A DNA stretch of 64,000 nt from Acanthaster planci (lineage: Eukaryota). The DNA lies in contig NW_019091358.1 in the NCBI RefSeq assembly GCF_001949145.1, positions 558,961-622,960 on the forward strand. The letters run 5' to 3'. A model generated the notes under the pieces. The model saw nothing but the letters and a program-made list of their open reading frames with translations, was not told where the DNA came from and ran no database searches. The translations under genes and the position numbers were made by a program. Positions 37,101 to 47,866 of this stretch are shown in pieces (the stretch's first letter is position 1; each line of letters begins with the position of its first letter).

Positions 37101-40100
37101 ACATAGGCCTTAAGTAAATTCTGAATGCAGTGGACATTAACACGTCCATACATGGAGCGGTACTACCTGGTAGCACTGTACACAAGTACACATGAACATG
37201 TACGGAATAATTTCTCAACAAATGTAATGTATATGTAACTGGTGTAATGGTATTCCTGCTGAATTAATTCGGTCAAAAGTCCACACTTTTATCAAGTACA
37301 TACATGTATGTACATGTACATTGTACAAATGTACATGTTCACAAACTGAATCCACATACACTAGCATCCACGCAAGGGCATGTTCATGATTGCATTGTTT
37401 TCTTACCTCTTACCGGTGGTCTTTTTCTGAATCCGCTGACGGGTGAAGGACACTTACATGTATTATACATGTACATAAATGCACTTGTATTGTACATGGA
37501 CATGTCAAATACGTGTACACTCACCCACATGTTCATACATTCATATACATGTACAGTACGTACATGTACCGGTATGTACAGTATTCAGGTATTAGTACTA
37601 GTACATGTACATCCAGCATAAATGATTGGCCAAGCTATTATCAGCCACAAAATGGAAACTTTACAAACTACATGTACCGTTATGTACGGTGCATGAAATG
37701 AAATACAGTATTTAGGAGATATACCGGTATTCAATAACCCAGGTACCACAGACCGCAAATCTTTTACAAATCAAGCCTTACATTGTACTTTTTGACAAAT
37801 GGCTTAAAAAAATGAATTACAACCATTTTGTACACTTCCATTTCATACCGGTACCTGTTATTATGATTATGATGATCTCACAGTGATTACAATGATCAAC
37901 CCAAGCAGAAAAGCACTGTGACAAGAATTTCCTGTTGAAAATTGAATTCTGCTTGAAAAAACCACAAAATTCTCTGAATTCTCTCTTGTTGAGGTGTTAC
38001 GTATCTGGCCCCAAACACACTACAAACAAGTACCTGTACCATACAAGAAAATGTGTACATGTACATGAACAGCAACTTAAACAAGACAAACGTATTTCAC
38101 ATTGCTCATTATCTTGAACAGAAGAATTGGAAGTGTGCAGTATGGAAAAAGAAATCTTTAAAAGTCACTGTACATTTCCATGAGATGTCACTAGGTCTGC
38201 ACGGTACCTCCCCTCCCCCATTTCAATATGAAGAATGCATTCAGACATAGTTAAAAACAAAACTCCCTCCACAAAAAAGCCTGACTCATTTGTTCCACGA
38301 ATCCTTGTAAAAGTAGCCGGTCACTTTACAGACAAAGTCTCCAAGGCATCTCCCTAAAAGCAAGAGGTGACTCGATGTACATGTACCATGTACAGAACAT
38401 GACGTTCTCTTCACAGATAGTGGATGGAAATTCCATCTAGCGTCACAGAATGTGAAACATTCTAGCACAGACAACGTGACCTGCCTGCCTGCATGCACGC
38501 CGGCCACAAGATGCACAAAAGCATTCCAGAGACAAGAGGTACACATCCATGTGCTAATGTATGTAAGCTGTGTCTAAAATCCAGGCCACAGGTTGAAGGG
38601 TTTGGGTTCAAGCTGAATGTCCTAAATTTATACACCACCCCCAGAAAAAAAGAGCCAAGGAGAAACATATGTGTATGTTCAATGCACATGTACCAGAATA
38701 AAATTCCTTACTGATATGTACATGTATCAGCGAGAATAGGCAGTTCTTTTAGAACCAACACATAAAATAAACAGGAAATAGGAAGTAATTCTTAATCTTT
38801 TGGTTCCTTTCTCAACAGTGCAAGAAACATGTACCATAATGGTATGAGCCATCATTCAACAAAAAAATTTCAGTACTAAACTAAGGTCTGTGTTTACATG
38901 TACTGTAAGTTCTCACGATACATGGAACTTACACAAGTTTGCATTGTTTTCATTAAAGAACTGTGACAAATAATCTTATGGGATGGGTATCAATATAGGT
39001 GATTCACAATAGTGCGCCTTCAAGCGCTTACAATACGTCAGGCAATCACAACACGCAAAATCTGTCGACCCTTTCTAAAGACGCACCAGGTCGACAGATT
39101 TCACACAATGTGATTGGCCAATGCATTGCAAACTCTTGAACATGCACTATTGTGAAATGCCCGTATTTTTTACAACATTACCGGTCTCATTTGTTTGCCT
39201 ATGAAATAGGCACGTGCAGTGCAGGGTCAGTTGGTCAGCAAAAAGAAAATACAAAGGTTGGTGCATATCTGAAAGGAAAAAAAGGACAGAGCCCAGACTA
39301 CACATTCACAGAGAAATGCCATGACTGTCACTGTGGTACCGTACATGTACAATCTCCCCAATGTATATTTTTAAACTTGAGGACTTAAGGTTCACTTGCT
39401 CTTTAGTAAGTTACAACATCCTCTTGGTTGAAGAGGTATGATTCCAGTTAATATCGGTGGAAATGTAAACGTGTCAACCTGATTTAGCAGTGCATATTAA
39501 TAGGGGCAGGTGATGTGTTGAAAAGTCACATTCCCCATTCGTTTTTGGATATGCAAGTCTCAGGAGGTCCGGTACGGTAACCCAGTACGTACAAGTGTGG
39601 TGAGTAGACTGTGCGTTGAAATTGGCTACTCAACACAGGCTCACTTTTGGGTAGCGTTTCATGTCATTCTCAAACTGGGCCGATTTACATAAATTTATCT
39701 TGCCTTTTTCAAATTAGTATTGTCTTTTTCAGCCAAACTTATCCACCGTGCAGTCATTTTTTATCTTCACGTCAACTGGGCAGTAATTTCTGATAACACA
39801 GAGGCCACTTTTGAAAGAATTCAGGACTTGATAAATGCTTCAACTCATTGTCTTGAGAAGTCAACACGATGACTTGACGGGTACATGTACATGTAGATGT
39901 CTGACATTTATACACCAGTACATGTCCCGGTATGTCCCAGGTTTAGTCAAGATTGACTGTTCACTACTGCGACAGGGTGGTATTACTGCATGTGACAATA
40001 GATTGTCACCAAATGTCTACTTTGGCATAAAATTTTCATGCTGCACGAAAAAACAAACAAAAAACAAGATGCATTTTTCTCTTACACTCTCAAATTTTCT

Positions 40101-43100
40101 TTTTATTTTTATAAGACCAAGCAACAGGTCTGAGGCTCTGTATATTTCTGAAATCCATAAAAACCATCTGAACCTCCTGAAAAAGTTTTCTGAAGGACTA
40201 GGGAAGGTGAAGGTCCAAAAGGATTACATTAAACATGTTAAAGGTAGAGCACCAGTACATCGTTTCTCATTTGTGCATCAAGTCTGCTGAGGTAACAAAA
40301 ATTCCCAAAGTCTAAATGAGGGCACTCAAAAACTTCCATAGCCGGATGCTGTTTCAGCTCTGCGAATGCTGTACCATTATACCGTATATTGTGAAATAAA
40401 CAATACTCTAGGAACTTGATTGTAAATAACAAGTTGCCAAGTCATGTTTTGAATTGCGCCGAAATTCAGCGTTTGTGACAGGTTCTTGTTCGGCCAGCCA
40501 TGCCAACTGTAGCTACACGATATCACACACTGAACCGACGAATTACAGTAACTGCATGCGCACGTAGGCTGCGTCCACACTTGCCAGTTCTTCACCAAAT
40601 TAACAAGAAACAACAGCAATTTCCAAAAATGCATCTTTAGACACATCACTGACAATGGCCTTCTTCGATCATTTTCTTCAAAATTACAGCTTGCCAGAAA
40701 GAACTTCATAGAGGAGTTTTGTCTCATAACTAAACCAAGTACATGTATATGCATTTCAACAATAATTTCATCAGCTAGCTGCAAATGATGGACTGTACCT
40801 TTAAATATGATGTACATGTAAACGTACAGGGTACACGTATGACAATACACATACATGTATACACATGAATGTGCATGATTTGAGACAGTTCCTACAAAAC
40901 TTAAATATGGGTTTAAAATATGGACAAGCCACAGGACAGACAGAAGGGTACCTCAAGCAGCAGGGCTACAATTTCTGGTTTCCTTTTTTTTTTTAAAACA
41001 AGAATGGGCAGAGGTGGAACATCAATTCCACTCACACAAATTTTCAAAGGGCATTGCGGGTGCCAATTAGAAGGGGGAGGGACCATTTAGAGCGAACCAA
41101 AAATTGGAATAAACTTGTCTCATCAAAAAATCCACCAAGGGCACAGAGCATTAAATGTGTCTGGTGTGAACTCACTGAAGTGACGGCACAGACGAGTGAT
41201 CATAATGCAAACAGAAAGGCGCTCGGGTTGTTCAATGTACAGTGTATGTACGGAGGTGTGGAGTGAGGGGAATTGATGGCCACAGATGAGTGATCAAAAG
41301 GGAGACACAAGTGAGATTAAAACATGAGGGCTCTAACATTCTGCTTGCACAACTTCAGTTATACTTTTTGCCCATGTTTTGGCCTCTTTTCCAGACAAAA
41401 TCCTGTGAGGAGAATGTATCACAATTGTGCAAAAAGTGTAATGATTTTCTATTCTGTTAAAATGTACATCAAACTGTAATATTGGCTGTGAGATAGATCA
41501 AAAGAGGGGCTTGTTGTTGGTAGCAATGGCATTCCTTTGGCAGGGATTCATCATATGCCCACACAGGTTCATGTACGCTGAACATTAACCCTCATGCTGA
41601 TTGGAATCCCCAAAGCTTTTCAGACAGCTCCACTGCTATTACGTTGCTCTGTATCATAAGTACACTGTTCCGCAACTGGAAGGCCTTATATACAACCCAG
41701 ACATCAGAAGCACTTGTGTTTGAGAGTAAAGCCTTTGCACACTGTGCATCCGGTACGGTACATGTACATGTATCTGTACGCGCAGGAGCCTGCTTGAAAA
41801 ACTTCCCACCAAGATGTATACCCCTCTCGTCTTTGCTGGTGAGTGTGCAATCCTACTCAGGGCAGATACATGTAGGCTGGATGAAGGCACACATGTAGCA
41901 CTTGGCTGGTTAAACATCATGCCAACAGCAGGTACATGTACATACTGTATACATGTGTACCTATTGGCTGGCTGAATATGACTAAGCATGCTGGGTAATA
42001 ATCGAGATGTGGTGCACATTTTGGTGTAGACAGGTTCAGCAATTTTCTCACCCTGAAGCTGGCCATAAAGCCACATTAGATAATGCCCTTGAAAATAAAT
42101 TTAAAAGTACGATGACAGACAACATATCAGATCTACATTGTATTACCGGTAGTTTGTTTCCACCGAGTGATGGTGGTGCTTGGTGAGTAAATATGTACCG
42201 GTAGTTGTCACAGCCTTCACAACACTCAGGTGATGCTCAATAGCATAAAGTTTTTCTACCCAAAAAATAAAATCACTTCATCCTAAAACCCCTAGGCACT
42301 TTGGAAAGAGTTCCATATACAGACCCCGCTTGACAACCCGTGCACAAACCCTGAGACTAGTCTGAAAAATTCTAAGTGTTTACTAAGCAAATGACTTGGT
42401 ATTTTTCCCTCCTAAATTAAACTTTTCTGGACATGTTTTCGCTTTCTGACAACAGGTCACTGTACGGATGTAAGTACTGGTGTCCTTATATGGAACTCTT
42501 TCCGGCTCTTTTCATTAGGATGCATCTTCAGTCCTTAAAAACTGTCCAACCTCTTCCATGCAAAATCTGAATACAGCCTTGAGCAGTCTTCCAAAATATG
42601 TTATTTCTTGAATACGCACATGTTCCTTAGAGGTCTGTTTTGATCCTTCCTCTCATTGTGTTGAGGCAGTGCAACTGATATCCGTGTGCAGCATGGAATA
42701 TGGATGATTTCACGTATAATATGCACCACAAACAACACACGGTCTAACCCAAGGCTTTACGCAATGCATCCTTTGCAATCGGCCACACCTTTTTACCGTT
42801 CAGCATAGATCCGCCAAACCCATTCAGAGGATTTTGGAGGATTGAGGATGGTTTGGGTTAACACTGTTTTAAATCAAAACCTACATTTAATCGCAGGATG
42901 TTTGAATTGTTTCATTTTTTTCCCAAAGTACAATGTTTTCCACGAGGGCTTTAAATAGGATGGACTGCCCAGCCAAAATGGTATGCTACCCTGGTGAAGT
43001 TTTACTGCCTCATTTAAATGTTCCCATTTTTAATGGGAATTAACCCTCCTACTGTTTTAATCGTCAAAAACAGTCAAAAATATCTTCCAATTGATTTCCC

Positions 43101-44648
43101 CCGTACACAGACACGTATGGGAAATTTGACTGATTTTGACTGATATGACAACTGCATCAAGAATGCATCTTAGCACAGGTGGGTTAAAGGTCTAAATCCA
43201 ACCTCATTTAAAACATTTCATCACATGATGTACAATAAAAAGGTTAACAGTGGAACAAGATTAGGCCCAAGACTAATCCACGTGCAAATTTCTCAATCAC
43301 TGGCTCACTGCATACATGTACGTATCTACACGTATCTGTTCATTGCTGTGCCATTAGTTTGCCAACTGGAGACCAGTCATGCCAGTTCACAGCCCATTGA
43401 GGCCTACATGTACGGCCCAGACAATAAACAATGATCTGGCCCTAATATTTGGCACTTACCATGCTAAGTGATGATCTGGCCATTGTAATGGTATGCCACT
43501 ACCACAGCAGAGGACACAATTCCACCATGTCAAGTTGGCTTAGGCCCTATGAATGATGTAGCCTAGGTCCTAGCTAGGCCTACCATGCCTACCTGCCGGA
43601 CATGTAGCCTACCAGTAGCCTACCGGACATGCCTACCGGCATGTCCGGTAGGCTACTGGTCATGCTGGTTGTGACTTTTAGGATGTTTCAATCTCTAGCG
43701 AGCTAGTGGGCCAATCATGCTCATGAGTCATGATGATTCTTCATATTTTCAATGGGCATTACTTAAAAACCAATTTAAACCATTACACACTAACTAAAAA
43801 ACACAACCTGCCCCTACGCTAGGGGGTTCATTACCTTTAGCACCCCGTTCCTATTAGGGCCTATAACTTGGAACAAATTCTACTTTTTCGAAGTACGTGT
43901 AACTTATCTGAACAAGTTGTTGGTGATGTCCTCTTACATATCAGAAAGAAAAGAGAACAGGGCTTTTGGTTTTTGAGGGAAATGTTTGGGTAAAACGGCA
44001 GCGTACATGACCACCCCGAAGGTAGCTGTGAACGACAAATAAATGAATGTAGTCTGGTGCCTTGACCTGGATGGAGATTTGCTTTGATGAATCCGAAAAG
44101 CCCAAGTCGGGTAACCGGACGAAAAACAAAATGGTGTAATTCGACTGAGTGGTTGTCTTTTGCCAAACTCGTGTTAGAAATTTGAAGTTTTCTTCCTTAA
44201 ATATTGTCAAAATCTACCTAAACTACGCCTAGGCCCTAGCCTAGTATCAGGATTCAGTAATGGTTCCTTAAGGTCAAAATGTTATTTAGTTTGAGAAAGT
44301 GAACTTTGTTTCCTTATTATAGGAACAGGGTGCTAATTGTAACGAACCACAAGAGTAGCATGACTGGGCCGTGGGCGTGCTTGCTGGGCAGTCACAACTC
44401 ACCTTCCGCACACCTTTGTACGGGTAAAAATACAGTTCTCGGCCCACATTGAAACAGATCTTGTCATTACAACCGGATCCATCTTCCACGCTGGTAAATG
44501 ACACCCTGACGGGATGGCAGCACTGGACGTTGTATGGAGCTCTTGACGGCCAGGAATATTCGGACAGCGTCATCAGTTTATATGTGCCCTCGCGAGTCCC
44601 AAACTGGGTTTTGACTTCGTCCCTTCCACCCCCTTCCGAAGCCGCCAT
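28073..44648 (-). CDS. WDR20: WD repeat-containing protein 20 (USP12/USP46 deubiquitinase cofactor; DMWD family), complete, 543 aa. Exons 44648-44403, 31911-31726, 30264-29101, 28108-28073.
   Basis: Four phase-0 exons with canonical splice sites. Motifs match vertebrate WDR20: EVKTQFGTREG, ICFNVGRELYFYPYKGVRK|AADL, LLVGFSAGQVQLIDP, SQDGFLRVF, MKSYFGGL, GGEDDLVTVWS, YRFGSVGQDT, KKIAQERLTAL, and C-terminal GGTVV. Confidence 0.97.
28223..28512 (+). mobile_element. tRNA-derived SINE in the last WDR20 intron
   Basis: A box TGGCGTAGTGG, B box GGTTTGAATCCC, central GGGTTTTCCTCCCAC typical of V/Meta-type SINE cores, AT-rich tail. Confidence 0.75.
29101..30264 (-). CDS. WDR20: WDR20 coding exon 3 (WD40 core)
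   Basis: ctgcag|AGG...GTG|gtgagt; 388 codons within the 411-aa ORF 29038-30273. Confidence 0.97.
30695..31240 (+). mobile_element. piggyBac-like MITE family A, copy 2 (WDR20 intron 2)
   Basis: ataa|CCACTTGCTGCC ... GGCAGGAAATGG|ttaa; collinear with copy 1. Confidence 0.85.
31353..31412 (+). repeat. Short dispersed repeat, second copy at about 58972-59034
   Basis: Both sites share atagggtgtatgtaaaa(a)tc.tattgaaatcg.aggatt.g.gact. Confidence 0.7.
31726..31911 (-). CDS. WDR20: WDR20 coding exon 2
   Basis: ttttcag|GCT...GAG|gtatgt; AADLTKPLDKRTYKG...SKIYNEE. Confidence 0.95.
32745..33054. mobile_element. CpG-rich MITE with nested inverted repeats; left end TA|CAGTG (Tc1/mariner-like)
   Basis: ctatgggacagagcggacatccggga pairs with tcccggatgtccgcactgccccatag; outer gtac..ttctgg pairs with ccagaaagtac. 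Confidence 0.65.
34634..37893. repeat. Direct duplication of about 1.5-1.7 kb (34634-36299 and 36401-37893), probably two haplotypes assembled in tandem
   Basis: Near-identical copies, each starting just after a single N (34633, 36399). Confidence 0.85.
38996..39165. mobile_element. Palindromic TA-flanked MITE
   Basis: Outer ttcacaatagtgc/gcactattgtgaa and inner aaatctgtcgacc/ggtcgacagattt inverted repeats. Confidence 0.7.
42303..42504. mobile_element. MITE of about 200 bp
   Basis: TIR aaagagttccatata / tatatggaactcttt. Confidence 0.55.
43611..43660. repeat. Perfect 23-bp inverted repeat with a 4-nt loop
   Basis: ACCAGTAGCCTACCGGACATGCC tacc GGCATGTCCGGTAGGCTACTGGT. Confidence 0.95.
44403..44648 (-). 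CDS. WDR20: WDR20 coding exon 1
   Basis: ATG at 44648 in the context aaaATGGCGGC; MAASEGGG...YKGVRK|gtgagt; 82 codons. Confidence 0.95.
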
Positions 44649-45060
44649 TTTGGGAAAGTCACAAATTTCCCGGATGTGTATCCCACGATCGAAGCAGCGG
44701 CGGACGAGATTTGATCCATACAAAGGGCCACTAATTTACCACTATCTAATCGTCTAAAATCATGCTGTGGACGACACGGCTAACAACAATCATCGTATGT
44801 GTGTTCAAGGTCAAAATTCATTGAAAACGATTGCAAAATTAACACTTTTAGTAGCGGTTCATTGCGAGCTTTCGGTCTCCAGCTAGCGAACTCCATCGAG
44901 AGAAGCTTGCTGGGCGGTGACCTCTAGTAGGTGACCTTTGAACCACGTGCTTAACCAGGAAGTAGTATGGTGCTGCCGACGGTTACATTGCAGACGTGCA
45001 TCGATGGTGCTTTCGTGCAGTGCCCGCCAACTTCAAGTTCTCACGCGCATTGGTCATGTT
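44640..45060. promoter_or_regulatory. CpG-rich, probably bidirectional promoter region at the WDR20 5' end; YY1-type motif GCCGCCATTTTG overlaps the WDR20 start codon
   Basis: CpG is visibly enriched relative to the flanking introns; GCCGCCATTTTG at 44641-44652; a divergent gene lies downstream on +. Confidence 0.55.
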
Positions 45061-45959
45061 CATGTTAGTAGAACTTGTTTTAACAAAATACTTTGGCGTA
45101 ACCACCAGACTGTGAACAATCAAGATAGGGAGGTTATTAAAATTTTCACCTTTTTTTTTCTGTTTTGTTTTGAAATGATCTTGGAATTGGGGGTATGATG
45201 ATACTGATCATGATGGTTGGACTTGATTTGGATTCCATTCCATTGGACTCAAGCAAAGCAAAGAAAAATTTATTTGAAGCAGGGATCAGAAGCAGAGCGG
45301 ATGACAAACCAGCAGTTTTGGGGTTGTTTTGAGATGTTTAGCGGTGTTTCACTGTAATGTATACTGCAGAGCAAGTTTACTGATATACATGTACATGTAT
45401 TTTGTACATAAACTACATAGGCCTATGTCAATTGTCATATGCAAATATGATTGTGAATTTTGATGGAAAAGCTTAATATCCATATTTTCATATAATCTTT
45501 GTTGAGATTTGAATCATTCTTTCATAGTTGCACCTTCTTTCATTGAATTAAATGCCAGCTTCACTCGGAATTCCAAACTTTTGAAACAAGAAATTAAATA
45601 GAAACTAGAGGAGCTACAGTGTGCAGGAGAAGAAAAGGTTTAATCACAATTCCCTGTTTAGAAAATGAAATGTCAAATGAATTGCTCCCTCACTCATTTA
45701 TGCATGGTCTAAACCATGACGACGATGATACTTTACATACTTAATGCTTGGGGCTGAGGTCAGGTGCTAGAGCTTTAACTTGAGGCATGCTTACTGACTG
45801 TACTAAGTCTGTCCGGCCATGGAGGAATAATCTTCCATGGTCGGGCGCACCACAAATACATCTATATATCAGTGCTTGTGGTCGAACACGTTGAAATCAA
45901 CCAGTCAAGCAGATTGACCGATAAACATACATATGACATGCAAGCATTTTGTGGTAACC

Positions 45960-46730
45960 TAAAATCATTTCTTGGCTATTGGCCAATAATTATGCATAAA
46001 TGTACTTAATTCAAATTACATGTGTATCATATTTTGTCCTAGCCAGTACAAAATACTCAGTCTTTACCCTAGATACCACTCTTGTGCGGGTAAAGCACAC
46101 CGTATTTTGGGGAACACCATATTGATGAAAATCTAACTTGGTAAAAGCATATACATGTATAATTGGTGACATAACAGCTAAAACATCTAAAAATATTGGT
46201 ATTATACCCATTAGCATAGTACTCATACTTGTCTCTTATAACTTTTATTTTAATATAATTTAATTTGATTTTAATATTAGTATTTAATTTTAGTATTTGA
46301 ATTTCAGTATATACTGAGTCCTATTCATAAATGCAATAGACTGCTCACTCTGCAGAAATATGCAGTAAGGGTAATTACAAAAATTGGGTTTCTTGAACAC
46401 ACTGGACCCATATTTGCTCATTTGAAACTATTAAAACTCATTGACTTGTATATTTCAACTTAGGCAAATTTATGTATAAATATACAAATCATGCATTACC
46501 TGTTTCAATTCGTGTTTTACATTAATCTCAAATATTCATTCCTATAATACTCGTAGTACAACTGGTCACAAACTTTGTTAGCTTTTGTAGAACTTTTTTG
46601 TCCTAGAACAGTGTTATCCAGTGTGGTATTACATATTAGAAGAGTCTGGATGATTCTCTTAAATCATCACCCACTCTTCATAGTTTTACGAGAAAACTTA
46701 AACGTTACTGTCTAATTGCATACTAAACAT
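45960..46730 (+). mobile_element. Decayed 3' fragment of a non-LTR retrotransposon (L2/CR1/Crack-like ORF2 C-terminus)
   Basis: Frameshifted remnants in the expected order: WLLAN, IDENLTW*KHI, KTSKNIGII, LQKYAVRVI, EHTGPIF, GKFMYK, HSYNTRS, SLKSSPTLHSFTRKLK. Confidence 0.75.
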
Positions 46731-47695
46731 TGTAATAGGGATGTCGGCTTCGATTACTGTCTTACATGTCTCTATGTGCTTTGTCTTCATGTGTGTCTCT
46801 CGTCTGTTTGTCTTTCTGTAGGCTGGAGAAGAAAAGCAGTTGCTTTACTCCAGATCCAGATGTTGTCAGTAGTATAATGTTCAGTTTATATTGACTGTCA
46901 ATATATCTCTATACATTGTACATGATATGTCACCGTGACTGTATCATTGTATATTACCCTTGATGAACTGTGGCAGCATTGAAATAAATGTAAAATAATG
47001 GAAACGTAAAAACTTTTTTTAAAAGTTGTGGCTGTATAAAAAATTGAAAGTACACGTAGCATGCTCTTGTAATAGAGGCAGGATTTGTTTTGGTTTTTTT
47101 TACACAGCTATTGACAGTCTCATGTTTATGGGTAATTCCAGAAATTAGGGGTCCAAAGTGTGACATTTTTGTGTCCCTGTTATAACTGACCTTTATTATT
47201 TGACATGGAAATATCACCAGAATTGATTTCAATCTATTACTATTTGTTTGGCAAGTAATATGCATTAATTCATCACTCTTGGAAATTAAATTTAAAAATG
47301 TGTTCTGAACTTACAAAATCATATCAGATGTGACAGGGGCACAAAAAAATGGACCCCAGATTTTTGGAATTTCCCATATTTAAGGCAAAACTGCTTTGTA
47401 GGAGTGTACTTGAAAGCAGTTTGAAGTTTCTAAAAGTATGTTTACAATTATACACAGTGTTAACATCTCAGAAGCAAGTTTGGAAATGCAAGGCAGTATA
47501 TTTTCCATCCATACTTTATGGAACAATCAATGTTTATACCATTCCCTAAAGTGCAGCTCTGTGAAAGGACCTCACCAGTCTTGATAACACAAACTCTGTT
47601 TTCTTACTTATTTGGTCCATAGATGCCAACAACCATAGGTTGAATACTTTGGACTGTCAGTAGTCGGCTATTTGCCGCTGTGAAGTATCCAGCAG

Positions 47696-47866
47696 ATGAA
47701 TGAGACGATGCTCGAGACTTTAGTTTCTCAGAGAAGTGCAGAGTGGCAGGAGCTGAGGCAACGAGTTCAGCTGACGGCCTCCAAGTTCGGGGATGCTGTC
47801 GGTGTGGGACAAGGAAGACCATATGACTTCTTTTTGTCCCTGCTCTCGGACGACGCCTGCTCTCAG
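47696..47866 (+). CDS. YqaJ-like nuclease exon (QRS-EW...LTAS motif)
   Basis: MNETMLETLVSQRSAEWQELRQRVQLTASKFGDAVG...SQ|gtaggt; the true start may lie further upstream. Confidence 0.85.

Noticed and set aside
47639..47695. In-frame TGA at 47681 as selenocysteine extending the nuclease N-terminus
   Set aside because: No SECIS was identified and the upstream peptide has no family similarity.
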